NCBI GenBank assembly: GCA_029953675.1
Contig: JAMWBK010000003.1
Span: 2,976,001-3,040,000 of the forward strand
Length of the DNA: 64,000 nucleotides
Direction: 5' to 3'
Source of the DNA: Rhodosorus marinus CCMP1338
Taxonomy: Eukaryota; Plantae; Rhodophyta
The notes beneath the pieces are model-generated. The model searched no databases. It saw only the letters and a program-made list of their open reading frames with translations, and was not told the origin of the DNA. A program made the translations under genes and the position numbers. Of this stretch, positions 1 to 12,849 are shown piece after piece; position 1 is the stretch's first letter, and every line of letters begins with the position of its first letter.

Positions 1-281
1 TTAATAGAAATGTATTGGACCTTTTTTTCTCGAAGGGTTGTTTTTTTTGTAGTGTTTTTTTTGTTGGTACATTTGGGAAAATGGGATGGGGCAGTCTGGT
101 TTTGATGCTGCTGATGTTGGTGGTGGTGACAAGGGCGTTGGTGTCAAGTGGGACAATTGGGTATATAAGAATGGAAGTGTCTGGATACTAAGCTAGTGTG
201 AAGAGATATGAGAGGCGTGGGTACGGGATTCAGATCTCTGTGGTGTAAAGTGTATTTGTTTTGTTTTGTTTTGAGTTGGAA

Positions 282-1142
282 ATGGAAGGGTTTGTGTCGA
301 GTTGGACTGGGACCGGAGTGAGGAGTCGAGGGAGCGCTCCCTCGACTTGTGGAAGTGGGCGTGTGCGGTTTGTCTGTTTTCATGGAGCGAATTTTGGTAA
401 TGGAGATGGGAGGAATGCGCTGATGAAGCTTAAGTATAGAACGACTGAGTGCGTGGGTGAGCGTTCAGTGAAGCATGTGGATGTGGATGCTGTGATTCAG
501 GAGTCAAACGCAGCTATTAAAAAGCGCGAGTTTGGAAAAGCAGAGGACATTCTGAGTTCGGCCCTACTGGATGATATCCGTCAACCGAAGCTTTTCTTGC
601 GCCTCGCGCTCTTGGAACAAAAGCGGAGAGACCCAGACCTCAGTCGTAGATTCTTCGAAGTAGCCCTCACTCACAACCCGGAAGACGCAGCTACCCTGCA
701 AGCTTGGGGACTCTTCGAGAGCAAACAGGGAAATCGGCTTCGTGCTTCGCGCCTGCTGTTCCGCTCTGTTGGCTTGGAACCAAAAAACGTCACTGTGCTG
801 AGATGGAGACCGCTGAGGTGTGTTGGGGAATTGTACCGTATTGCTGTACAGACATCGAATCCGACTGTTGCACGAAGGAGATACAGAGCATGCCTTCTCC
901 AGTCCCCAGACTACGTTCCTGCGTATATCTCACTCAGCATGTTGGAAATAAGAACGAACAAGAACGCCGAGGCCGCAAGAGCCGTAATTCTCCAAGGACT
1001 CAGGCTAAGCCCATCCGAAAAGCGCCTTATGACCATATGGGGCCTGGTCGAAGCGATTTTCGGCAGTGAATTTGTAGCTTCTCGATTGTTTCAGGCGAGA
1101 GACCGTCGAACGCGACAAAGAAGGCTTTCCTACCACGCATAA
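282..1142 (+). CDS. Plastid-targeted HAT/TPR-repeat protein (HCF107/Mbb1-like RNA-binding class)
   Basis: ATG at 282 gives MEGFVSSW..., a transit-peptide-like start. HAT-type repeats: 'RRFFEVALTHNPEDAATLQAWGLFESKQGN' and 'LQGLRLSPSEKRLMTIWGLVE'. Single exon. Confidence 0.7.
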   Translation: MEGFVSSWTGTGVRSRGSAPSTCGSGRVRFVCFHGANFGNGDGRNALMKLKYRTTECVGERSVKHVDVDAVIQESNAAIKKREFGKAEDILSSALLDDIRQPKLFLRLALLEQKRRDPDLSRRFFEVALTHNPEDAATLQAWGLFESKQGNRLRASRLLFRSVGLEPKNVTVLRWRPLRCVGELYRIAVQTSNPTVARRRYRACLLQSPDYVPAYISLSMLEIRTNKNAEAARAVILQGLRLSPSEKRLMTIWGLVEAIFGSEFVASRLFQARDRRTRQRRLSYHA

Positions 1143-1640
1143 GAGCTCATTGCCAACTCGGATCGCGGAGCTTCCTTTTGGACTTGTAAAAATTTCGGGA
1201 CTCCCTCAACTGACAACGGTAACATATATATAACTAGGTACCCAGTTCATTCATCATGATTCCTACGCACGAGTGAGCGGGACAGTGTGCAAAGATATTA
1301 TTTCTCGAGATGATTAAAAGATACTTCGTTTCGCAAGGGGAACATGGCAACCCGAAGTACACGTGAGCGTATGCACGAGCGACGACGGGGCACAAGCTGA
1401 GGCTATCACCGTAACTGTGTCCTCTATTGGGCAGCCGCCTAACGCAGCCAGCATTAGCTCTATCACTATCTAGAGCAACCCCACGCTTGTGAAGTCGGAA
1501 TCCTTATCGAACGGGAACAAGTCCGGCCGTCCGAGGCAAGGGAGAACACTTTTCTTAGCAACTCTGTCCTCAGTCTAGAAAGGAATCCGGCCCATACGCC
1601 TTTGGTCGCCGTTCTCGTCCGGAATATGCGGCGATGAAGA

Positions 1641-1692
1641 AGCGATGTTTTACAGCGTGTTGAGCGATGTTTTACAATGCGTTGAGGGATGT
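1641..1692. repeat. 22-bp tandem duplication (agcgatgttttaca... x2 plus partial)
   Basis: agcgatgttttacagcgtgttg followed by agcgatgttttacaatgcgttg and agggatgt. Confidence 0.7.
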
Positions 1693-2043
1693 CGACGCTG
1701 CTCGAAGCGTTCAGCTAGATGGGGAAGGTATCTTGTTGCCGGGGACTAGGGTGTATCGTTCATCCAATAAAGATCTGACCACAAGAGGGAACGTCGGTCG
1801 CCATGCCCGTATTGGTGATGGAAACCCTTGAAAGCTAATGCCTAGGAGTATTCAGGGGAGAGCTTACAACATATGAAGTTGGAGATTCAATATCAATCAT
1901 CCTACGTCGAAAGCCGTGTCCTAGGAACTCAGTTTGCGCGATTTGATAGGGAGCATTCTTGCTACTTTCAACAAACGTCAGTGCTACACATATTTGTGAA
2001 TCGAAGGTAAAGATTGCACTTGGTCAGATTGAATCGGGGTCGA

Positions 2044-3157
2044 ATGCGCAGAAAGGTTACTATTTGTGTTGGGGTGACGCCTGCGCTTCAACGCACGCTT
2101 CGTTTTTCGAGCTTGGTACTCGGGGATGTGAACCGCTGTTCGGCGGAACCAATTGAGTCAGCATCTGGAAAGGCGACAAACGTTGCTAGAGTCGTTAGAC
2201 TGCTGAGTGAGTACATGACTGATCTGCAGGAGGCTGGGACCACTGAGACCGTTCTAGTAGAATTTAGCGGAGGTGAAACAGGGGAAAAGTATAGAAGCCT
2301 CCTCGGATTCGAATCTGTGTACGTGGAGACGAAGGCAGCGACTCGGATCTGTCAGACGCTGCTCGTGGACGGGGAAGGGGAGGCAACGGAACTGGTTGAG
2401 GAAGCCATCAACCCTTCCGAAGCAGAATGGAGTTTGTTCACAGAGACTCTTGCAAAGCAAACAGCCGCGATTGGGGATGTCAGTCAATGTGTTGGTGTCC
2501 TTACTGGCTCGCCACCTCCAGGCTCTTCTCCGCAGACATACAAGGAACTGCTCCTTGTTGCTTCAGCGGTGAGGATTGGCCAAATGCGGATTACGTTAGT
2601 GTCCTGCTCACAGTTCTGACCTCGCGTGTGTCTTTCTGGTCCCTTAGCGAGGTTTGAGGTTTATCGTTGATAGTCAGAAGACTCCGTTGACTGAGGCCCT
2701 TGAAGCGAGGCCGTGGTTGGTAAAGATCAACTTGCAGGAGTTGGAGAAAACCAGCTTTCGACAATGCACAACAGAGCATGAGCTACGGGACACTTCTTAT
2801 GGATTGATCAACGCTGGAGCAAGAAATGTGGTCGTTACCAAAGGGAAGGACTCAGCCTGGCTCTTTTCAGGAGACGATATGAACACATACTACGAAATGA
2901 CGCCGCCCAAGGTGCAATCCAGAAACCCGATTGGGAGCGGTGACTCGATGGCAGCCGGTATTGCGTTCTACACGAGTACCAGGTCGAAAGAATCACTTTC
3001 TCAGGTTGAGAATCTGCTGGAGGCGGTTCGTTTCGGGATCGCGTGCGGATCCGCGAACGCAGAAACCGAAACGCCCGGAACAGTGATTCCATCCAGGCCT
3101 TTCGAGCTGGTCAATTCGGTTAGTATCAAAGTTCGAACTGTGGCGAGTGGTGTATGA
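2044..3157 (+). CDS. PfkB-family hexose-phosphate kinase (1-phosphofructokinase/tagatose-6-P kinase type), 2 exons
   Basis: Motifs 'TPALQRTL', 'SGKATNVARV', 'VVVTKG' and the anion hole 'NPIGSGDSMAAG'. Intron 2569-2647 (GTGAGG..TTAG) joins the two ORFs in frame (ASA|RGLRFIVDSQ). Confidence 0.85.
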
Positions 3158-4221
3158 TTGAGAGGAAATTGATGCGGTTAAGAGTTTTGCCGTTCCGCTT
3201 GAACTCTACTCTCGCGAGGATGCTACAGTTGGTTTCCACTCAATGTTGTCCTTCAAACAGGAGGGAACTGTAGGTAATCTATCCTTGAGCATCATCATTG
3301 GAGGATCAGTTACCAAATTCCCAAATTGATCGTACAGGCTTGAATAGTATTTCAGACTGTCCAAGCCGACGAGGAGTCAAGCAAGAACGAGCAGATATTG
3401 GATATGACATTATCTAAGGTAATGATCGCAGAGTTGACACCAACTTGCTGCTTTCAAGCTTAAGATAGCGTACCAGTTCCTGAACCCCAGTCGCTTTCAA
3501 GCCTCGGCAACCTTGCCCAGGTGTTTGGCAGATAAATCATTTTCACTAGAAAAGAAACTACTTGAAAATGAGGGAAATGATTTTTTTGGAGTCGAAATTT
3601 ATTATCCATGAAATACTTATTATAAAAATAAATTGAATATTTGAAATTTTCAGAAATTGTGGTATTTTAAATATAGTAATATTAACATAAGTTTATAGGT
3701 AAAGATTAGAATTAAAAATGTGAAAACGCCGCGCCATGAGCAGATGAATGCGGTTTTGGTACGTGGACAATGCCGCGGTTTTCAGAGTTGAGTGGGTGAG
3801 GCCGTAGTAGCTTACGAGTATGTTTTGAAGCCAAGAAGAGATATGAAAAAATGGATTCTTGATTGTATCAGAAACGTTTTGGAAAGATTTTGATGAGTAA
3901 GCGGATAATGAGATGAGGATCCTGAATGAGTCGGTCGATGGGAAGGCTCGGGTCTTGATTTGGAGCAAGGTATAAAACGGAGGTTTGACCGCAAGTTGTT
4001 TTCTTGATCCTCGATTTCGTGCGTTGTGTTCAGAGAAAGTTTTTTGTTTGAAGGATTTGGAGAGGTCTTTTCGAGCAGAAGGCAGTAGAAATTTCTTGTC
4101 GATGGTCTTTGGGAGTATTCCGGGGTGGTTTGGTGGGTTTTCTGTTGCTCGGGTGGACTTTTAGATTCTTGCTCTGGTTAAGGGTCGAGTGTATATCATC
4201 GGCGGCAGAAAATTAGCCACT

Positions 4222-7200
4222 ATGTTCCAAACATGCAGCAGAAGGAGAAGAATGGTAGGCCTCATCCTCTTGAGTATGATGCTCTTGGTTGTCGCGTCTC
4301 AAGCGAAGAATCCTCCAAACGTGGGTGATGCCCAGTCTCTCGGAGGGAATGCGGGATCCGAGAAAGAGGATGCTGAGGATTCCCAGAAAATCAGAGACCT
4401 TCGAGCGGAGCAGGCGGCAGAGGCAGAAAATGACCTAGGAGATCCTGTGGAACTCGGCAGTGGGCAACCGGGTGTGGACGAACGCAACGTGAGGGGCTTG
4501 GATGGAGCTGGTGAGAGTAGTAGTCAGCAGGATCATGAAGCAGATGCTGAAGAATATGAAGATTATTTCGATGACGATTATTATGATGGCTATGAAGACT
4601 ATGAAGACTATGAAGACTATGAAGACGATGGTCGCTTTGGTCTCGACCTGAATGACGGTAAAACTTCCTTGAGTGACGATGACGAGATCTCGACTGACGA
4701 AGACAAGAGTCAGCAGAGTCGTGAACTGAAAAGCGACAAAAATGTTGGCCAGAGCGTCGACACGGCCGGTGGCACTGGTGATCTGATCAATTCTGATGAC
4801 ATGCTTCCCACAGGAAATGTAGAGTCTGATGCAGACCGGCTTTCGGATGGCTCTGTTGATGAATTTCACTATGATGAGTTTCATGAAGGGGATTTGGAGG
4901 TAACAGATGACGAGGACTTTATCGAGGGCGAGGACGAATACGACTATCGAGACGAAGACACAGTTCTTGTTCTTCAGATCGATCCTGCTCGGATTATTCT
5001 CGATCGTCAAACACGAACGTTTAGCCTTTTTGTCGTGGTCCACCTACCGAAGTCGCTCGACCAGGAGCTTCTTGTAGAAGAAAAGGTTGCCGTTACGATC
5101 GATGGTAGGGCAACTACCTTCCTTATCGAAGACAACAAGAGATCTGCCAAGGTACTGATGGATTATGATCCGTACAAGTCCGAGGATGAGCAAGGCGGAG
5201 CTGATCTATTCCTCTTTATAGATGATGAGCTACGAGGGGTTGGCTCCTTTAAGACCATTTTCGTTTCTCGCTCCCAGAACGGTGAAACTGATGACGATCC
5301 CCCGTCGGACTTACTGGAAGAGGAGGTTGACGACGACCTGATCGTCGCTGACGTAGATACGGAAGAGGACGTGGAAGTGGTTGAGCTGAACCAGATGGTT
5401 GATGAAGGAGAACGACTATTGGTTGGTCGGCAAGAAGTTGCGGAGGCGATGAAACTTTTCGAGAAGGCTGCCCAGCGTGGGCATAGTGGAGCAATTCTGA
5501 CCCTCGGAGCTTTGTACTTGTCTGGATTTGGAACAAGGCTGAGTCGAGATGATCGAAAGGCAACGGAGCTGATATTTAAAGCAGCCTCGATGGGAAATCC
5601 AGATGCTCATGGGCTCCTGGGCTTTCTGTACGCGAGTGGATGGAGCAAGGAAGTGGAAGCGGACCAAGCGAAATCCATCCTGTACTGGACGATTGCTGCC
5701 CGAGGAGGAAGCATCTACGGTCAAATGGCTCTGGGATATAGATACGCTTACGGCATAGATGTGGCCGCGACATGCAAGAAGGCTTCTTATACTTATCTGA
5801 AGGCCGTAGAACAGATAATAGAGAAGTTCGATCAGGACGTACTGAGAGGAGTTCCGTTCAACGATGACGTCAGATTGGACGACATACCTGGGATTCAGCG
5901 GAAGAGCGAGCAGATGGAAATGGTCCAGTACTCAAAGCACAGTGCAGAGCGAGGGGAAGTGAATGCTTTGAGGGCTGTCGGTCAGTTTTACTTGTTTGGA
6001 CGAGGAGTGGAGCAAGATTTCGATCAGGCCCACCAGCTCTTTGAAAGGGCCGCCGATCTCGGGGATCCAAGAGCTCATGCATTTTTGGGCTTCATGTACT
6101 ATACCGGAGTCGGGGTTGAGAAGAACAACGAAACAGCATTTGAGCACTTCAAGACGGCTGCAAGGAGCAGAGAACCTGCGGGACATCAGGGTTTAGGAGT
6201 AGCGTATAGATACGGTGCCGGGGTTGAACAAAACTATCAAGAAGCTTATCTCAACTTCCGCCAAGCTGCTGAGAAGGGTGTAGGAGAAGCCTTTTACAAT
6301 TTGGGTGTCATGCACCTCGAAGGCTTGGGAGTTGAGCAGTCGAATAAGCAAGCTTTTGATCACTTCCGCCAGTCCGCTGACAGGTTCCACCTCCAGGGAC
6401 TGTACCAAACTGCACAGATGCTGATTGGCAACTACGACGGAGTGGAACCGGACTGCAAGCTAGCCGCCGGGCAACTGAAGCAGGCCGCGGAAATTTTTTA
6501 CGGCCATACATTCACCACGACAGCTTTCGACCTGTTTGAAAGTAGCGACTTTACTGGTGCCCTTCTGCGCTACATGCAATCGGCACAGGTTGGGGTTGAG
6601 CTCGGGCAGTACAACACGGCTCACATGTTATTCAATAGACAAGGCGTAGAGGACCGATTTTTGGACCGCGAGGACGATGAAGCGCTTAATTACTTTCGGC
6701 TCTCTGCGCAACAGGGACACGTTCACTCTGCGATCAAGGTATGACTTCTAGAGCGTTCAGTTTGCTTTGTTGAACCTGGTTTGGACATGTGGGTTGGCTG
6801 CGCCTAAGACATTTTCTCATTTTCAAAGGTCGGAGACATCCTCTACGACAAGTGCGACGATCCCGAAGCAGCAGCGTCAGTCTATCAGAAGGCTATTGAT
6901 ATATCAGCTAATATCGACCTAAAATCTGTGGCGGAGGCATCCTTCAACCTTGGCGTCATGCACGTCTTCGGCAGAGGACGTCGAGTCGACTTTCACCTCG
7001 CGAAGCGGTACTTCGATGCGTCAAAAGCTCAGAACGAGGAGGCCATAATTCCCGCCGTCATTGCCCTCCGGGGCCTCAAGTTTTACAGCAAGTGGAAGGA
7101 ATACGTTGACCTAGTCGTCGACTGGGCAGTGTTTTTCAGGAACATCACGGATGGCAACGTCCCCGTGGCGCCGTCCTTCAAGGTGAGCATGCTGAAGGTG

Positions 7201-7592
7201 ATCTGCCCAAACGCCGCAATTTCAGGCGAAATCACTAAAACCGTATCCCTCATTGTCCCCTTGTCGTGTAGATCTCCGCAGACGCTGATGCGGATTTGAC
7301 AGACGAGCCTGAGACAGAGCAAAAATGGCTCTCAGGCGTTCTCCATGTCGCACTGGAGTACATGGATTTGGTCGTGCTTGTTGTTCTCCTAGGTACCCTC
7401 ATGCTCGTCGTGTTTGCTCGCAGGAGGCGTATGGTTAATTATTCAAACCCTCCCGAGCAGCGAGCGAACGCTGTGGGAAACCCAGCGGAAGGTGTTTTGG
7501 AGCCCGGTGTTGCGGAAGGACTGTTGCAAGCTGAAGGTCAACCTGGACCGGATCCCCTGGAAGAGCCGCTTCCAGCTGTTGACTTGGACTAA
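4222..7592 (+). CDS. SEL1L: SEL1L/HRD3-like ERAD lectin adaptor (signal peptide, acidic region, Sel1 repeats, C-terminal TM), 3 exons
   Basis: Many Sel1 repeats (e.g. 'ALRAVGQFYLFGRGVEQDFDQAHQLFERAADLGD'), 'GQMALGYRYAYG...CKKA', and a TM segment 'LVVLVVLLGTLMLVVF' followed by RRRR. Introns 6739-6828 and 7183-7271 keep the frame. Confidence 0.88.
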
Positions 7593-9398
7593 GCAGGCAA
7601 CCTAGCACACCTCAAAGGTGTGCAGGCTTGGCAAAGTCAACACAAAAAGCTCACGATGCGTCTTGACAACAAGACCAGGCATTATTTATTTATTGAGAGG
7701 TACCCTTAGCGGTAGGAAGTTTAACACCATGCTTGCTCGCACAGTGGTAGAAATGGATGAGGCAGCTTCGCGCGGTATCCGTTTACACTCGCGAGAGCTT
7801 CTGAAAACTAAAAGGAAGCACTGGTGTCCAGTAAACATGCGCAGGGTAGCACAACCAGAAAGATGTAAGATCAGGATGTTGTCCTATATAGCCAAAGGTC
7901 CGAAGCGGGCCGGCTTCCCTCGTAGCCCATTGTATTTCAGACGTACAAACGTTGAACAATAAGAACAACTTTGTCACGGAAGACTGTGACACCAGCTAGT
8001 ACGGCGCGTGCACGAGTTATGCAGGTCACCAGGATCCTCCTTGTTAAATGGTGGTGTTGTTCTAATCTCTCTCATCGAGGGGCTGCTACCGTAAAACGAG
8101 ACCAAACCAGGAACCAAGTATACCCACAGAAGCATTTTGGTGCAAGTCGTGAGAACCGTATGAGCGCAATGAGCGGGAGAAAGGTGCTGATTTCAACGGT
8201 TTTGAGCCCCCTTAAGCCGCCCCCGCTAGATTCCAACCGGTTCGTGCAGATACTGATGCCTCCCTGGAGCACCCAAATGTGCTAAACCTCGTCACGGGCG
8301 TAGGGCTTCTGTGGTGTTGCTTCTCCGTCGTGTTGCTTCTCCGTCGTGTGCTTCTTGGAGGTGTCGACAAAAGGACGTATGGGTTGAGCTTGTAAGACCG
8401 CTTCTGTTGGATGTTGCTTGACGGGGCGTGAACACTTAACGATGTGGACCAAGGACGGTTTAGCAGAAGTGTGGTCTATATCATTTGTACGGATTAAACC
8501 TATCCGTTGAAGACCCTTGTATGGGGAAACTTCGGGAGTCATCCTCGCGTCCCTCGCGTACGTGATTGTTCCCGATGCATCCTCAATCTCGAATTTACCT
8601 ATACATCCCAGTAATACCCGAGTCCGGCTCGGCATCTCCGGCTTTGCTTTCTTCCCTTGTCGCCCACGACACAGCACAGCTCTCCTCAGCGTGGATAGGC
8701 TCTCTTATAAGCGGATGATGAATATTCCCATAGATGAATACATACCCAGGAGCAGAGCGCAGGTTCCCAGGCACATCCAAGGAAGTATCCGTGTACAGGG
8801 GTAGCTGTTGCTCTGCACTTGGTTCCCCCCACTGCGAAGTTTGTAGTCATGCTCAAGGCACTTGTCCCCTCTAACATCTGAACGTGTTTTCGATGCTTAC
8901 AGTGCATACTGAAAAGTCATTAAAATTATTGATGGCAGTCTATCACAACGGAAACTAATCATAACTCAATACTTGATCAGAGATCCCACCTCGAAGATGA
9001 TTGATTAAAGGAGCATATTGATTGTGATCAATCAGTTTACGGGATTTTAAAGAAAATATATACTTTCAAACCCGGTACCCTGAATTTTCTTCTTTTATTC
9101 AATATTATATTAACTAGTTCTCAAATGGTGCAGTCGCGTTATGCAAAACGGACTCATCAAGCTGCCAACCCTACCTAGATGTTCAGCGCGGTATCAATTT
9201 GTGTTCTTTCATCTGCGTATAGAAACACGACACTAGTTTCTTCCTGTGGGCAGATAGTTCTGCGAGGCGCTCCCGGAAATGAAATAGCATGCTCTAAACC
9301 GTTGTAGCTCATGGTGAAGGCCGACTGTATCCTCACAGTCTGTCTGCGGTGCAGTTCGGCAGTGCGCACCTAAGAACACGGACCTGGCATGTAAACTA

Positions 9399-10067
9399 TT
9401 ACGAGGAAGGCACTTCTTCCAGTTTCACATACTGGTCCATGTCGTCAACTTCTCCGCCCTCCTCCTCAGTCCGGGCAAATCGACCCCCAACTCTAGGGCG
9501 GTCCGACGCAATTTTGCGTCGACACTCGTACCTAATCTTCTTCTTGAAGCATCTGTTGTTCTTCTTTCGTCTGTATCTCATTAATGCCTCATCTCTCGAC
9601 CACATGGTTGGCGAAAAAGATCCGTTGTTTAGCTTCATCCTTTCGATTCCAAGGCCTATCTCAGCCTTGTCTAGGGCTGCGTGCCTCCTCTCGTAATCGA
9701 GCAGGTCGGGAACCGAGCTCGTGGGGGTTATTGTAACTTCAGAGCACATTGAGGCAAGATTTTTAGAGCCCAAGGAAGCCATACTTGACACCTTTTGGAT
9801 TCCCTTCGGCTTCTGCTTCTCGAGGAACTGCATATGCGCGGGCAGGCTGTCGCATCTCCTCATATTCGAGGGGGATGGGAGCTCGGCCTTCAGCACCTGC
9901 TTCAAGACACTCTCCTCGAACTCTGAGCGCATCGTGTCCAACCACTCATGATCCCGCGGTGAGCTCTGCAGACCTACTTCAAGGTCATCAAGGTTGTCGA
10001 AAAGGGACTCCTCCTTCTTATAGTCGAAGACTTCAGAGTCAAAAATCTCAGAAAAATCTTCACTCAT
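9399..10067 (-). CDS. CCT-motif protein (CCT only; no B-box or receiver domain seen)
   Basis: C-terminal 'RDEALMRYRRKKNNRCFKKKIRYECRRKIASDRPRVGGRFAR' is a clear CCT motif. Single 222-aa ORF. Confidence 0.85.
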   Translation of the reverse strand: MSEDFSEIFDSEVFDYKKEESLFDNLDDLEVGLQSSPRDHEWLDTMRSEFEESVLKQVLKAELPSPSNMRRCDSLPAHMQFLEKQKPKGIQKVSSMASLGSKNLASMCSEVTITPTSSVPDLLDYERRHAALDKAEIGLGIERMKLNNGSFSPTMWSRDEALMRYRRKKNNRCFKKKIRYECRRKIASDRPRVGGRFARTEEEGGEVDDMDQYVKLEEVPSS

Positions 10068-12849
10068 GATTGATCAAAGCAGTCCGCAATCCAAATCTAC
10101 CAATTAAAAATTTCACAAGCGGCCAAATCCCTATGCCACTCGCTCGTGAAACAGCAACTAACAGGAACTGCGCAAGGGCTACACACTATCCTCTACGCAA
10201 AACACCGCTCTCGAGTCACCCTGCATGAAACCAGCGACGTCTCATTCACAAACCCAACCACAATCTCCAGTCTCTCAAACCTCACCCTGCCCTAACCCCC
10301 CCTGAAAAGCACGCAAGAAAAACAAAACAAACCCTCAGGAGTCCATTCTGTTCACAACTTCCTACAACTCCATGCACCAACCCAAAGATCCACGCCCACG
10401 CCCCAACGCAATCCGTCCCCACGACTCCTACGCTTGTGAAGCTTAGCAAGGCACCTCCGCCCCTCCCCACGCCCTTCCCGAAACCCAATTCCGTGTATAT
10501 GTTAAATTAAGCTTCTTCACCAAACTCTGCAAAAAGAACGCGAAAAGAAAATTCCTTTCACAGCCCCTCCTCCACGCGCAAAAACAACTTCCTCACCCCA
10601 CTCACGACCATTTCCCCACCACCCCCCCCCCTCTCTCTGCTGTTTAGGAACTTTCCATGATTTTCTCAGCTCCCCCATTTACGACTATTTTTCTTTCGCT
10701 TTTTAATATTCAATGCACAAAAAAGCACTTTCTTGTTAAATCCTGTTGTCCTAGTAAGTTGTTCTTCTTACACCCCATGAAAAATAGCATAAACTGTAGG
10801 TTTCATTTGTTTCGGGTGCGTTCCACCCCGTGCCTTAGTTTGAACGGCTTCAGATGGTGCATATCTACCCTACCCCTCTCGAAAACTTTTATTTCGAATT
10901 ACAAGCTGTAAAACTGGTTCTCATCGGCGAAGCTCACTTCGCAAGAGCCTTCGATGTTAATTGGGATTCTACTAGGGGTAGATACTCCGCATGATTGGTC
11001 CAGCTCCACTGATTTTTCAAGGGGTGAGAGTGATGGAGTTACTCTTTCAATCTCAGAAAATCATAGGATAAAAGTTCGTCCGAGTCTTTTGCACCCGCCT
11101 TGACTCAAGCACTGTATTTTCCCGTCCAAATTCGAAGAGTATATACCACCCCTATTTAATAATATATCGAAACCAAGATTGATTGTTTATTTTCATTTTA
11201 AAGGGCTAAAACGATTTTCTTTCCGCAGAGTTTCGAAGGGCGAGGAAGCGAAGGGGGGGATATCTCTGCTAACGGGCAACACTTGACTTTTGGAGGTGAG
11301 GGGGGTGGAGTTCGGGATGACCGTAGGGGTTTTCGGGAGAATGAAAAAGCAAGGTCTAAGAGAATGCCTGTAGCTTTAAGTGATTTCAAGATGTTCTGCA
11401 GGATAAGGGCTGTTGGCGCTGGCCAGGTCACACAATGCGGAAGGACAAAAATTGCACCGAGCGAGAAAGTACTAAAATTGCAGATGATTCTAATCAATCA
11501 TTCGTTAGTTAAATAAATATCCTAAAAATCACTTCCAAGCATCAGCGATGTGCATTCTGATTGGTAAATGTGCTTTCAAAAGGTAGCAAATATACAATGT
11601 ATCTTCTTCGCGAGATGATGTTCAGGGCCTAAAGTTTCGGATTCCACATACCCTTGGCAGTTTACTATGATTTCGTAAGACCTAAATAAATATTCTTTAA
11701 AATGTTAGACCCAACATGTACAACTTGCTAGCACCCCTCTATTTCTTGCTTTAGTCCCCTCCAGGATACCTGCATATTATTGGCGATTAGGTCGATTTTT
11801 GATTGATGATATTTCTGGCACCAATTGATAGTTGGTCCGAAAAAGTCTAAGAAACGATTTTGGTGATCTCGAGATTTGCCGGCTTCGTCGACGAAACGCC
11901 ATTAGACAAAAAAATTAAGTTGCTAAATGAGAATACTTCTCAATCTATGATTGGTGTACACTCGTTTCATAGTACCGAAATTTGCCCAGCCAAGTTGCAG
12001 GAAGCGGGAGCCCCAAGCAGTCATTCGTCGAGAGTAAGGTTTCCAAAGGAACGCTTAATACGTTAGAATTTTTTCATATTTGTATTGATAAATGAATATC
12101 TCGCACAAGAAATTTCCAACGCTCTATCTCTATCGTATTATTTTTTCTGTTTTTTCAGAAACTCTCGTTTTTCCCAGGCGAAAGGGACTCAGAGGCTAAA
12201 GCACGTCGCAAATGTTGAAAGAAGTGGCTCATATAAAACTACATCTCACTGTCAGTGCTATTCAATCAAAGAGAAAGATTTTTGTTGAATAATTTGAAAT
12301 GATATAAGTTGCGTATTTCAAAAGCTTTGTTTGGGGTCGAATTCTGAGGTGACGCTTTGACGTTTGTTTGTCTACAAATGAGTCGATCGTTGGTAAGGCT
12401 TGGGCGGCATAGAGGAGGTTGTTGAGATGGATCCGCTACTTGCGCTAGGGGTCTTTGTCGGTTAAGGTTGTCTGGTGGGGGAGAGATGGTGGTCAAGTTT
12501 GTGCATGGCTCAGTGCACGTTTTTGTTTGGACATTGCAAAACCGTTTCGTTCCCGCTGGGGCTGAATGTTAGCGGAGCTGACCTCTTGATCACCAGAGGA
12601 GCGAGCGGAACATGTCAATTGCGAGCAAAGTGGGAGGGCCGTGCTCTTTTGCATGCGTCGAAGTGCACCGCGCTCATAAACAATGCTGGCAGTCTATACA
12701 GCAGAGCTGATTACACCCCGTGCGGAGGGAGATTCTTCCGTGGTCTAGGATCTGTTCCAAGTTGGACCCTGCCCGTCAACTCTCGTTTTCCGCGCCTATT
12801 CAAGCGAGCTCCCGGTTGGTAGCCTTTTGTTTGGCTCCCAACAGTTGTT

